This document shows, one piece after another, positions 47,477 through 57,232 of a stretch of 64,000 nt of DNA (positions are counted from its first letter, which is position 1; each line of letters opens with the position of its first letter). The translations under genes and the position numbers were made by a program. A model generated the notes under the pieces. The model searched no databases. It saw only the letters and a program-made list of their open reading frames with translations, and was not told where the DNA came from. The stretch is from Alistipes sp. Its GTDB lineage: Bacteria; Bacteroidota; Bacteroidia; Bacteroidales; Rikenellaceae. The stretch is from the NCBI GenBank assembly GCA_021202985.1, contig JAJQCA010000072.1, positions 8,681 through 72,680 of the forward strand, given 5' to 3'.

Positions 47477-48571
47477 TCAGATATAGATAACCACGTATTC
47501 GGAAACGGTACCGATACGGAATTTCCCGCCCCATATCCCCAGACCGGAACTGACGAATACCTTGGTCCCCTCCTTGTCGACGAGGCCGTGGGAATCCTCG
47601 TAAATCCTGTCCGTAACCCAATTGAAGGGCCATACCTGTCCGCGGTGGGTGTGGCCTGAGACCTGGAGCGCGGCTCCTTCCCGCACAGCGTCCGACAGGT
47701 CGGCGGGCTGGTGGTCGGCCACCACGAGCGGAAGGCTCCTGTCGGCACCTTTGAGCAGGCGCCACAACGGTTTTCGGCGCAGGTTGGTCCTGTCGTCACG
47801 TCCGGCCAGCACTATACGGTCGCCGACGGTTACCACCGAGTCCCGCAGGACGGTGATGCCGGTGGTCGATAAAAACTCCAGGCTGGCGTCGATACCGCTG
47901 ATGTACTCGTGGTTACCCGGCACCATGTATACCCCGTAACGAGCTTTCAGCCCGCGAAGTATGGCGGCCATATCTTTGTTGTAGAGCGGGCGCACGTCGG
48001 TATCGATAAGGTCGCCGACTATTATTACAAGGTCGGGGTTCTCGCCGTTTATCTTCCGAACCCATCGCGAAAGCTCGCGCGGCCCAATCGTATACCCTAG
48101 GTGGAGGTCGCTGATAACCACCATTTTCAGCTTATCGCCGGCAGGTGCCTGTGCCGATTCCACGGTGAATTCAACCCGTCTTTTCTTATGGTAATTCAGA
48201 TTCCCGGCCACCATTACAAGGGCAATCAACCCCACGATGCCGAAAAAAGTAGTGTAATTGGAACGCAGGAACGCCGTCCTTTCCACAAGCCCCGTCCACG
48301 GCAGTATATCGGCGATAAGTACCGCCATAAAAAGGTAGAGCAGGATGACCATCCACGAAGTCCCCAATCCGTACACCGCCGTAGCGATGCCCGAGGGCAG
48401 CGAGCCCCGCAAAGCGAAGAACACTCCCACGGCCGTAACGGCAAGCACGCCGAAAGCCACCAGCACAGGCCGGAGCCACGCTCCCGCCGGAAGCATCTGC
48501 CACAGGCGGATGAATACATAGAGGTTTGCGCCCAGGTAGGCAGCGAAAATCAGGATGGCAAAGTATTTCAT
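47477..48571 (-). CDS. membrane-anchored metallophosphoesterase (YkuE-like)
   Basis: Four N-terminal TM helices are followed by the DLHLG, GDLID, GNHEY and GHTHRGQ motifs. Confidence 0.85.
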   Translation of the reverse strand: MKYFAILIFAAYLGANLYVFIRLWQMLPAGAWLRPVLVAFGVLAVTAVGVFFALRGSLPSGIATAVYGLGTSWMVILLYLFMAVLIADILPWTGLVERTAFLRSNYTTFFGIVGLIALVMVAGNLNYHKKRRVEFTVESAQAPAGDKLKMVVISDLHLGYTIGPRELSRWVRKINGENPDLVIIVGDLIDTDVRPLYNKDMAAILRGLKARYGVYMVPGNHEYISGIDASLEFLSTTGITVLRDSVVTVGDRIVLAGRDDRTNLRRKPLWRLLKGADRSLPLVVADHQPADLSDAVREGAALQVSGHTHRGQVWPFNWVTDRIYEDSHGLVDKEGTKVFVSSGLGIWGGKFRIGTVSEYVVIYI

Positions 48572-48853
48572 TACGGAATAATTGTTTTATTATGCCTGTA
48601 ACCGGGTCTGTCGGTTTATATCCGGTTATTTTACTAACCGGCCGCAAGGTAATTCAATTCCCTCAAAAAATCCACCAAAAAGTGGCCGGCGGACTTTCCG
48701 GGTCGATACGGTGCAGCATGTTCGTCCGTGATTTGGTTATCTGGATTCTCTCGGGGATTACCCGGTCACCCTTTTAACCGGCCACTGCTCCCGCCGCTTA
48801 ATCCGTCTGATATATAAAGACGTTTACAATGGATAAATATTTTATATTGCGGT

Positions 48854-48889
48854 AAAATAAAACGGGAGCGGCCCCTCGAACCGCTCCCG
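48854..48889 (-). terminator. rho-independent terminator after the carboxyltransferase gene
   Basis: Stem cgggagcgg / ccgctcccg with a 9-nt loop. The plus-strand A-run (aaaataaaa) becomes the T-run on the minus strand. Confidence 0.65.
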
Positions 48890-48931
48890 CAATTTGTTGG
48901 AAGTCGGCCGTGCAACACACGGCCCTACGGA

Positions 48932-50776
48932 TTATTCTATCTCCACCAGCGGCGCATCGCCGGCGACGGTCTCTCCCACTTCCACCAGTAGCTGCTTCAC
49001 AATACCAGTGTAGGGTGTGGCTATGCTGTTTTCCATCTTCATGGCTTCGAGGATAAGAACATCCTGCCCTTCGGTCACCGCGTCGCCCTCTTTTACCAGC
49101 AGTTCGAAAATCCTGCCCGGCATCGGGGCCGCCACTACATTTCCCTTCACGGCCGCCCTGGCTTTGCCGGGTTTGGGTTCTTCCGCCGTCTTTTCGGCGC
49201 GAACCTGCTCGCAGCGGGCCTTCTTGGTGCGGGTGAGGAAGTCCTTGGCCACCATCGGGAACAGTTCGAGCAGAAGCACCTCCTTTTCGTTCTCCGCCAG
49301 TTTGATGCCGCCGCAGTCTTCCAGTACCGGATTGGGCTGCATTTCGTATTTGGAAGTATCGTACGGGGTCTCCTCCCGCACCCCGGCAATTTTGAAGCGG
49401 AAATCCGGGTCCACCGGAACCGGGGTTTTGCCGTACTCGCCCTTCACGAGATTCACGAACTGGTTGGAAACGTTCGTATACATCGGTTTACCGTTCATCT
49501 CGTCCAGGGCGCAATTCACCGCCTGCGAGCCGACGATCTGGCTGGTGGGGGTCACCAGCGGCGGCAGGCCCGCGTCGAGCCTAACTTTGGGTATCAGTTC
49601 CATCGCCTTTTCCAGTATATGTTCGCTTTTGAGCTGTTTCAACTGAGCCACCATGTTGGTGTACATCCCGCCGGGTATCTCGGCCTTGCGTACCAGGTCG
49701 TTGGGAGGCGGGAAGCCGAAATAGGATTCGATACCGTGGCAGGCCCGGAGCAACTCTTCCTCTTTACCGGCATTCGCCGCCCCCACAGCATCATCGAACA
49801 GCCTCTCCACTTCAACGGGCAGGGTATCCTTCAGCGGTGAAAACCTGTTGGGAAAAGTCTTAACCACGTCGAACTGCTCAAGCTCACGGCGGATATAAAA
49901 TAACTCGCCGTTTATCTTCTCCACAGCTTCCATGTCGATATCCAGATCGATGCCCAGCTTCCTGCAGAAAACGTACACAAGCTCGATGGCCGGGGCGGCC
50001 GGCCCCCCGGCGAAATACCAGATATTGGTATCCACGATATCGGCCCCGTTGACTATCGCCGAAAACACCGAGGCCAGCCCGAAGCCGGGTGTGCAATGCG
50101 TATGAAAGTCGACCGGAACCGAAAGTTCCTTTTTAAACAACCGCATCAGGGCGGCGACCCGGCGCGGCGGGATTAGCCCGCTCATGTCTTTAATGGTTAC
50201 CATATCGGCTCCCAGGGCCTCCATCTCTTTGGCTTTACCCAGGAAGTAGGCGTCCGTAAAGACCTCACCGGGGAGTTTCTTTCCCTTCAGCCGGGCCTTT
50301 AACCTTTCCGCAGCCGTAAAATGCGGGTCGATTGTATAGCAGACCGCGCAGTCGGCAATCCCTCCGTACCGCTTGACGTATTTCACGGTCGATTTCACGT
50401 TGTCCACATCGTTCAGGGCGTCGAATATCCGCATAATCCCGAGGCCCGACTCGATTGCGTTGCGGCAGAAACCGTCTATCACGTTATCCGGGTAAGGATT
50501 GTAACCGAACAGGTTACGGCCCCGCGACAGGGCGGTCAATTTGGATGTGTCGCCTATGGCGGCTTTTATTTTTTCAAGCCGGTCCCACGGGTTTTCGCTC
50601 AGGTAACGCATAACGGAATCGGGCACCGCGCCGCCCCACACCTCCATGGCGTAGAATCCGGCGTCGCGGTAGAAGGGCAGCACGCGGTCTATCTGCTCCT
50701 GGGTCATCCTGGTGGCGAAAGAGGATTGCTGGCCGTCCCGCAAGGTGAGGTCCCGGATTTTTAACACTCGTGACAT
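48932..50776 (-). CDS. biotin-dependent carboxyltransferase with C-terminal biotinyl carrier domain (OadA / PycB / 5S-subunit family)
   Basis: N-terminal LRDGQQS (HMGL-like pyruvate carboxyltransferase) and a C-terminal EAMKMEN biotinylation motif. ATG at 50776 (the ORF opens with TTG at 50782). Confidence 0.85.
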   Translation of the reverse strand: MSRVLKIRDLTLRDGQQSSFATRMTQEQIDRVLPFYRDAGFYAMEVWGGAVPDSVMRYLSENPWDRLEKIKAAIGDTSKLTALSRGRNLFGYNPYPDNVIDGFCRNAIESGLGIMRIFDALNDVDNVKSTVKYVKRYGGIADCAVCYTIDPHFTAAERLKARLKGKKLPGEVFTDAYFLGKAKEMEALGADMVTIKDMSGLIPPRRVAALMRLFKKELSVPVDFHTHCTPGFGLASVFSAIVNGADIVDTNIWYFAGGPAAPAIELVYVFCRKLGIDLDIDMEAVEKINGELFYIRRELEQFDVVKTFPNRFSPLKDTLPVEVERLFDDAVGAANAGKEEELLRACHGIESYFGFPPPNDLVRKAEIPGGMYTNMVAQLKQLKSEHILEKAMELIPKVRLDAGLPPLVTPTSQIVGSQAVNCALDEMNGKPMYTNVSNQFVNLVKGEYGKTPVPVDPDFRFKIAGVREETPYDTSKYEMQPNPVLEDCGGIKLAENEKEVLLLELFPMVAKDFLTRTKKARCEQVRAEKTAEEPKPGKARAAVKGNVVAAPMPGRIFELLVKEGDAVTEGQDVLILEAMKMENSIATPYTGIVKQLLVEVGETVAGDAPLVEIE

Positions 50777-50973
50777 AGGCAAAGTTTTAAGAGATTACAC
50801 AATTCCGATTCAATTCACTCATAATCAGCGTCACAAACTTACTGTTATTCCGCCAACTGTTAGTCGGCTAACAAATATAAATTTATTTTTGTTAAAAAAC
50901 CAATATTATACCGGTTTTTCTTAACGCGCTTTTCACGGCGTAGAATGTAAATTATCGGAATCCGTGCGGACGC

Positions 50974-51002
50974 AAAAAAAATGCCCGGAATAATCCGGGC
51001 AT
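50974..51002 (-). terminator. rho-independent terminator after the receptor-like gene
   Basis: gcccgga / ataa / tccgggc hairpin. The plus-strand aaaaaaa run at 50974-50980 is the T-tail on the minus strand. Confidence 0.65.
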
Positions 51003-51049
51003 CTCGCTCTTTCTCCTTTTGCGGGGACGATTTGCAGCGCAATGCGATG

Positions 51050-53347
51050 TCAGTGGCCGAACCTCGAACTGTCCACTTCTTTGCGTTCTTTTTCCTTATA
51101 ACCGCCGAACTTGTACGCGAACGACACTATCACGGATCTGTTGTTCTGTCTGAAATTCATATCGAGGTTTTGTCCGCTCCGGTGCGAATGAATGTTAATC
51201 AGACCCGTATCGAAGATATCGTCCGCTCGTACCCTCAGCTCGGCTTTCTTGTCCGCAAAGGTCCATTTCGCTCCGGCGTTGAGCCTCCAGAAACTCGAAA
51301 GGTCCATCAGTCCCTGCATAGGCCGGGTCATGTAGTTTGCCGACAATTCAATCTTTATATCGGGTTTCGCACTCACGTTGAAGGTATTGTTCAACCCCAC
51401 ATATGCCACTAATTTGCTGTGGTCGAAACTTATATCGTGGAAATGGTCGCTCCGTGCATGCTCCCAGGTTCCCTGGAACATAAACCTCGACGAGAGCCAC
51501 TGTCCGATTTTGAACGGCACCACGGCAACCAGCCCGATGGTCTCTTTCAGGTCCCAGTTCATGGTTTTATATATCAGGTTCAGCCGGTCCGTCGCCTAAT
51601 ACGCAAGCTGTACGGCGTAGTCAGGGGCGTAATTGTAAAACATATTAAAGATATATTTTTGCTTCAATACGTAAGTTAATTGGGCGCTGTAATAATTGTA
51701 GGCCTTAATGTTAGGATTTCCGTGACCCTCCGCATAGCCGTTCATATAGCCTATGTGATCCTGCTTTTCCCAGTAGCTCGGGTATCGCTTGTCCGAGGAG
51801 AAAGAGAACTGAAGTATCTGCTGCGGTGAGTGCATGTAGGAAAGGTTCGCCTGCGGGAAGACGGCCCAGTCGTCGTCCCGGCCGAATTTGTAATACTCTC
51901 CCGTTAGCGACAGGTTGAACGACAGGCGGTCGGTAAGGCTCTTCCCCACCCCCATGTAGAGGTCATAGATATATTCTTTGAGAGTATTGTCGGTGTCGTA
52001 GAGCTGCATCCCGCCCGCCGATTCACGGTAAATCTGGTAGTCGTGGTCATTGGCGTAGTAGAACTTGGCGCCGTAGGTCAGTTCCCAATCCCGGCGGAGG
52101 GCGTGCGCCTGGTCGGCGTAAGCCATCACGGCGTCGATACGCTGGCGGGCATCCGACACGAAGGACGTTTGGGCGCCGTTCGGGTCGGTGTTCTCGTAAA
52201 ACTGCACCGACGGGTGTTTATAGTAGGTGTAATTCATGCCCCCTTTGAAACCGAAGCCCGAAGTGTAATCGAACGAGAGATTGTGGAGTTGCGAATTGCT
52301 GGTCTTCCGGCTGTAAGAATCGGAGAAGTTGCCGCGGGAATAGGTTTCTCCCCGGCCATTGGCAGTAATGGTAGTGTTGTAGGCAAGGCTGAGTTGATTG
52401 TCGTCGTCCGGGCGGAAGTCGAGGCCGAACCGTCCGGTATGTTTATCCAACCGGTTCTCGCCCAAATCGTGCTGTTCGATTTCATGGATTGTTCCGTTCA
52501 CGTTATGGTGCGAATAAAGGTCATATACCGAGCGTACATGGTTGTCGGAGTAGGTATAGAGCATGTCCGCGGAGAATTTACCGGCATTGTAGAGCAGGCT
52601 TGTCCCCGCCTGGTAATTCGCATAATGCTGCTGGGTGTAGGAGCCGTTTACCTCGCCCTGCCATACCGGCGAGCCGTCCTCGCTGGCTATGCCACGCATA
52701 ACAAGGTTCAACGCCGCTCCGCGCACATGGTACTGCGGCGGGGCGCTGTACATCACCTCGGCCGTTTCGAGGCTCGAAGCAGGCATCTGCTTCAGCAGGT
52801 CTATAATCTGCTGATGGCTAAGGGTGGAGGGACGGCCGTTAAGGATGATCGACACCCCGCCGCCTCCCAGCACCAGAGAACCGTCCTCCTCCCGGACCCC
52901 GGGAAGTTCGAGGATAGCGTCATAGGCGGTGGTCACCACCTTGCCCCTGGTAACCTGTTCCACGTCGTAGGCCAGGACCCCGGACGACACCTTCACGAGC
53001 GGCCGTTCGCCCCTTACCACAATTTCGTCTATTTCATTGTCGCGTCGGGCGAGAATAATTATAAAGTCGTCCACGTCGACCCCGTCGACAGTATTGTCTT
53101 CGTACAGCACATGCTGGGCCACCATCCGGAACGACTGTAATGCCGTGTTGAAGCTAAACCTTCCGAGGGAATCTGTCACCGCCGCGTCGGCGAACTGTCC
53201 GTCCGCGTCCTGCAAAATCACGGTGGCGTACTGAATCGGGACACCTTCGGTGTCATGGACCGCCCCTGTCACGGAACGCGTCTGCCCGGCGGATGCCGTT
53301 ACGGATATGGCTGCTGCGAAAAGGAGGGAAATTATATTCCTGTACAT
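51050..53347 (-). pseudogene. TonB-dependent-receptor-like outer membrane beta-barrel protein interrupted by one in-frame TAG
   Basis: ORFs 51596..53383 and 51050..51562 are in the same frame, separated only by TAG (51596-51598): ...VQLAY*ATDRLNLIYKTMNWDLKE. Signal peptide MYRNIISLLFAAAISVTASA (ATG at 53347), a carboxypeptidase-regulatory-like N-domain, and a C-terminal FAYKFGGYK...SSRFGH typical of this barrel family. Confidence 0.7.
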
Positions 53348-53417
53348 AGGTCTGATTTTTACTACTGTTACTTTACGCAACAAAAGTAAGCCCTAAACGA
53401 CCGTTATCCGCTTTTCA

Positions 53418-53457
53418 TTAACATTCGTTAACATTCGTTAACCGGCGGTAACATTCC
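53418..53457. repeat. four phased 10-nt direct repeats upstream of the receptor-like gene
   Basis: ttaacattcg | ttaacattcg | ttaaccggcg | gtaacattcc, at 53418-53457. That is 71-110 nt upstream of the ATG at 53347. A minus-strand TActTTTG box lies at 53381-53388. Confidence 0.8.
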
Positions 53458-53591
53458 GGGGGTGCGGGTGAAATAATGTAATATCGAACGAATTATGTCA
53501 GCGGCAGATAATTCACTTAGTTGGTGATGATATACGAAAACGAATGATCTGAGAATCTGAACAAAGGCCGGAATAATCTTGAGGGACCCGT

Positions 53592-54572
53592 CTATTCCGG
53601 TGCGAACTGGGCGAGGCCGATTGCCATGGCGGCTTCGATAACCACCGCGGCCCGGAGAGCGATGCACGCGTCGTGGCGCCCTTTTATTATGAGCGGTTCC
53701 ACGCTCGCGGTGGTATAGTTCCATGTTTGCTGTTCGGCGGAAATACTGGGTGTGGGTTTGACCGCCACACGGGCCACGACGGGGTTTCCATTGGTTATAC
53801 CGCCGTTAATGCCGCCGGCGTTGTTGGTAGCGGTACGGCCATCGGCAGAAATTATGGGGTCGTTATTCCGGGAGCCGCGCAGGGCCGCCGCCCGGAACCC
53901 GTTGCCGAACTCCACGCCCTTTACGGCCGGCACCGAGAACAGCAGGTGCGCCACCACGCTCTCGACCGAATCGAAAAACGGCTCGCCCCATCCCGTAGGG
54001 ACCCCGTCGGCGGTACATTCGATTACGCCGCCAACCGAATCCAGATTGCGGACGGCCTCTTCCACGATTTCGTCCCACCGGCCGGAGTCCGTCTCGCCGC
54101 CCAGCGCTGTAATGGCCGCCGTTACGGAGACGCCGTGTCGTGCAAGAATTTTCTTCGCTACGACACCGGCCGCCACCAGACCGAGGGTCACCCTGCCGGA
54201 AAAGTGTCCGCCACCGCGGTAATCGTTGCAGCCCTTGTATTTTTCGGCGGCTACCCGGTCGGCATGCGAGGGGCGCGGATGCGATACGAGGTTGCTGTAA
54301 TCACCCGAACGGGTATTTTCATTTCGGAACAGCACCGTTAACGGGGCGCCGGTAGTATGCCCGTCGAAGACCCCGGACACGATTTCCGGCAGGTCCGACT
54401 CCTTGCGGGGAGTGGTGCCCCGGGCACCGCTGCGCCGGCGGGCGAGGTCCGCTTCCATGTCGGCCTCGCACAGGGCTATTCCGGGCGGTACGCCGTCCAC
54501 AACGACACCCAGCCCCTCGCCGTGGGACTCACCGAAAATCGACACCCTGAACCGTGTTCCAAATGTATTCAT
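53592..54572 (-). CDS. aroC: chorismate synthase
   Basis: FGESHG N-terminus, RPSHAD, GGGHFSGR and GRHDAC motifs. Confidence 0.9.
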   Translation of the reverse strand: MNTFGTRFRVSIFGESHGEGLGVVVDGVPPGIALCEADMEADLARRRSGARGTTPRKESDLPEIVSGVFDGHTTGAPLTVLFRNENTRSGDYSNLVSHPRPSHADRVAAEKYKGCNDYRGGGHFSGRVTLGLVAAGVVAKKILARHGVSVTAAITALGGETDSGRWDEIVEEAVRNLDSVGGVIECTADGVPTGWGEPFFDSVESVVAHLLFSVPAVKGVEFGNGFRAAALRGSRNNDPIISADGRTATNNAGGINGGITNGNPVVARVAVKPTPSISAEQQTWNYTTASVEPLIIKGRHDACIALRAAVVIEAAMAIGLAQFAPE

Positions 54573-54783
54573 ACCCGTTTTATAGTGTTCTTTAAGTAAT
54601 TGCGTTAATTTTTTATCCGGGCCGCCGCCAATTTACGTACCGCCGGCTGACGCACCGGCCACAATACTCCCGAACGGATTAGCCTTGGCGGTATCCGGCC
54701 CGGGAATGGGTGCTCCAGCCTGCCCCTCGCCCGAAGCTATCACCAGCCCTGAGTACCGGACTCCCGGACCCACCGCTCGGCGC

Positions 54784-56043
54784 CTAAGCCGTTATGGCGG
54801 CAAGGTCGTTCCAGAAACCGGGATAGGATTTGTCCACCGCCCCGGCATCTCGGACCGTGAGGCCGTATTGCGAAGTGAGGGCCGCTGTTCCGAGTGCCAT
54901 AGCTATACGGTGGTCGTTATGGCTGTCGACAGTCCCGCCCGTAAGGGCACATCCCTTCACGGTCATCGTGTCTAGCACCGACAGGTCCACATCCACTCCG
55001 AGTTTCCCGAACTCCTCGCGCAATGTAAGAGCCCTGTTGCTCTCCTTGTGCTCGAGCCGGGAAGTACCTTTCAGCACGCTCATCCCGGCACAGTTGGCCG
55101 CGAGGGCCACCAGCGCGGGAAACAAGTCCGGACAGTTGGTCGCGTCGAACCGGAAGCCGGTGAGTGGCCTGCGCGTAACGGTGACGGTGTCGGCCGTGGT
55201 GGTTATCTGAGCGCCGGCCCTCGCAAGCGCCTCCACGATGGCCACATCGGCCTGCATTGAGAGCGGGTTAAGGTTCTCTACCGTCACCTCGCCCGCTATC
55301 GCCCCGGCCACCAGCAGGCACGAAGCCCCACTCCAGTCGCCCTCCACGGAGTAGGTTCGCGGGCTGTACCGCTGCCCCCCCTCGATATAAAACTCGCGGT
55401 AATCGTTATGGCTGACCCGGACGTCGAATTTTGCGAGCAGGTCTACCGTCATATCTATATAAGGCGTACTGATGGCACGGCTGACGTGGAGCGTGGTATT
55501 CTCCCCGGCCAGCGGCAGGGCCATCAGCAGGCCCGTTATAAATTGCGAACTTACCGAACCGTCGACCTCGGCCTCCCCGCCCCCGAGCGGACCGCACACC
55601 GTGACGGGCAGGTAGCCCCCCTGCGAGGTAATTTCAACCCCGAGCGAGGCAAGCGGTTCGGTCATCATATTCACCGGGCGGCCGAGTATCGAACCCCGCC
55701 CGGTCACCGTAACCGGCACCGTGCAGAGCGAGGCCACCGGCGTGAACATCCTCGCCGACAGCCCCGACTCGCCGATATCTACGAGGGTTTCGCGCGGTGT
55801 CAGCACCCCGCCGCGGATTCCGCCCGTTACGGTATATTCCTCCGCGCCGGTCTTCTCTACCCCGGCACCCAGCCGGGCCGCGACGTCGAGTGCGGCGGCC
55901 GTGTCGCTGCAAAGTTCCATATTCCGAAGTACGGAAACACCCTCGGCCAGCAGGGCCGCGGCCACGGCCCGTTGTGCGTAGCTCTTGGATGTCGGGGCTT
56001 TCACCGCCCCTCGTACAGTCCCTTTCGGACAATATTTTTCCAT
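54784..56043 (-). CDS. aroA: 3-phosphoshikimate 1-carboxyvinyltransferase (EPSP synthase)
   Basis: PTSKSYAQRA and SHNDHRIAMAL motifs. ATG at 56043 (MEKYCPKGTV); the 29 upstream codons of the ORF look non-coding. Confidence 0.85.
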   Translation of the reverse strand: MEKYCPKGTVRGAVKAPTSKSYAQRAVAAALLAEGVSVLRNMELCSDTAAALDVAARLGAGVEKTGAEEYTVTGGIRGGVLTPRETLVDIGESGLSARMFTPVASLCTVPVTVTGRGSILGRPVNMMTEPLASLGVEITSQGGYLPVTVCGPLGGGEAEVDGSVSSQFITGLLMALPLAGENTTLHVSRAISTPYIDMTVDLLAKFDVRVSHNDYREFYIEGGQRYSPRTYSVEGDWSGASCLLVAGAIAGEVTVENLNPLSMQADVAIVEALARAGAQITTTADTVTVTRRPLTGFRFDATNCPDLFPALVALAANCAGMSVLKGTSRLEHKESNRALTLREEFGKLGVDVDLSVLDTMTVKGCALTGGTVDSHNDHRIAMALGTAALTSQYGLTVRDAGAVDKSYPGFWNDLAAITA

Positions 56044-56352
56044 ATTAAAATATGCAAAACGCTGTTCCCTGTCCGGTCCCGAAGAAGTGATTCCCCACAG
56101 GAATAAGGTCCCGAAGGAGTAATTCCCCACAGGAACCGGCCTGTTCTGTTAAAGCCGTCCGGATGCGGCCCGTAATATCCGGGTGTCAGTCCGCCTTCCG
56201 CTCCCGGCCCGCCGGAATTAACCTTCCCGTAAATTTCCGGTATCCGCCGGGAATAATATCCTCCCCAAATATCCTAAACAGCAGCCATTCCACCTGGCTC
56301 CGCATTCCGGCAATCGGAACCCGCAACCGGAATCGTCGGCTTCGCACCCCTC

Positions 56353-57090
56353 CTACCTGAGTTTAAAGTCCTTACCGAGATACACCTTACGCACAGTCTC
56401 GTCATTGGCAAGGTCTTCGGCCGAGCCGGCCTTAAGAATCTTACCTTCGAACAGCAGGTACGTACGGTCCGTTATATCGAGGGTCTCATGGACGTTGTGG
56501 TCGGTGATAATCACACCTATATTCTTCTGTTTTAGGGTGGCCACGATGCTCTGGATATCCTCCACGGCTATGGGGTCCACCCCGGCGAACGGCTCGTCGA
56601 GCAGTATGAAATTGGGGTTAATGGCAACGGCACGGGCAATCTCCGTACGGCGGCGCTCGCCGCCCGAGAGCTGTATACCCTGGCTTTTGCGCACCTTCTG
56701 GAGCCTGAACTCTTCGATAAGGCTGTCCACCCTCTCCCGCTGGTAGCTCTTGGGATGGTCCGTCAGCTCCAGCACGGCCTTCAGGTTGTCCTCCACGCTC
56801 AGGTGACGGAACACCGAGGCTTCCTGCGCAAGATACCCCACGCCCATCTGCGCCCGCTTATAAACCGGGAACTTGGTTATGTCCTGGTCCTTCCCGTCAT
56901 TGTCCTGCAGGAAAATCTGGCCGCCGTTGGGTTTTATCAGGCCCACTATCATGTAGAAGGTGGTGGTTTTCCCCGCCCCGTTGGGACCCAGCAGGCCCAC
57001 TATCTCGCCCTGACTAACCTCGATGGAAACGTGGTCGACGACAGTACGCGATTTATAACGTTTTATAAGGTCTTTGGTGTGAAGTTTCAT
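56353..57090 (-). CDS. lptB: LPS export ABC transporter ATP-binding protein
   Basis: GPNGAGKTT, LSGGERRRTEIARA and ILLDEPFAGVDP. ATG at 57090 (MKLHTKDL). Confidence 0.9.
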   Translation of the reverse strand: MKLHTKDLIKRYKSRTVVDHVSIEVSQGEIVGLLGPNGAGKTTTFYMIVGLIKPNGGQIFLQDNDGKDQDITKFPVYKRAQMGVGYLAQEASVFRHLSVEDNLKAVLELTDHPKSYQRERVDSLIEEFRLQKVRKSQGIQLSGGERRRTEIARAVAINPNFILLDEPFAGVDPIAVEDIQSIVATLKQKNIGVIITDHNVHETLDITDRTYLLFEGKILKAGSAEDLANDETVRKVYLGKDFKLR

Positions 57091-57232
57091 TGCAGGAAAT
57101 TGAGCCTTGCGGTGAGGTAATTTAAAAAAATAACCCTCAAAGTTAGTCAAATTTGAAAAAAATGGATAATTTAGCTATATATAATACCGTATTACCCGTA
57201 TCACCCTTTAATATTAGAACCACCCGTATACT

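Noticed and set aside
51596-51598. TAG as programmed pyrrolysine or another recoding event.
   Set aside because: No pyl genes or recoding signals are visible in the window, and such recoding is not known to me in Bacteroidota. A nonsense mutation or sequencing error is the simpler reading.
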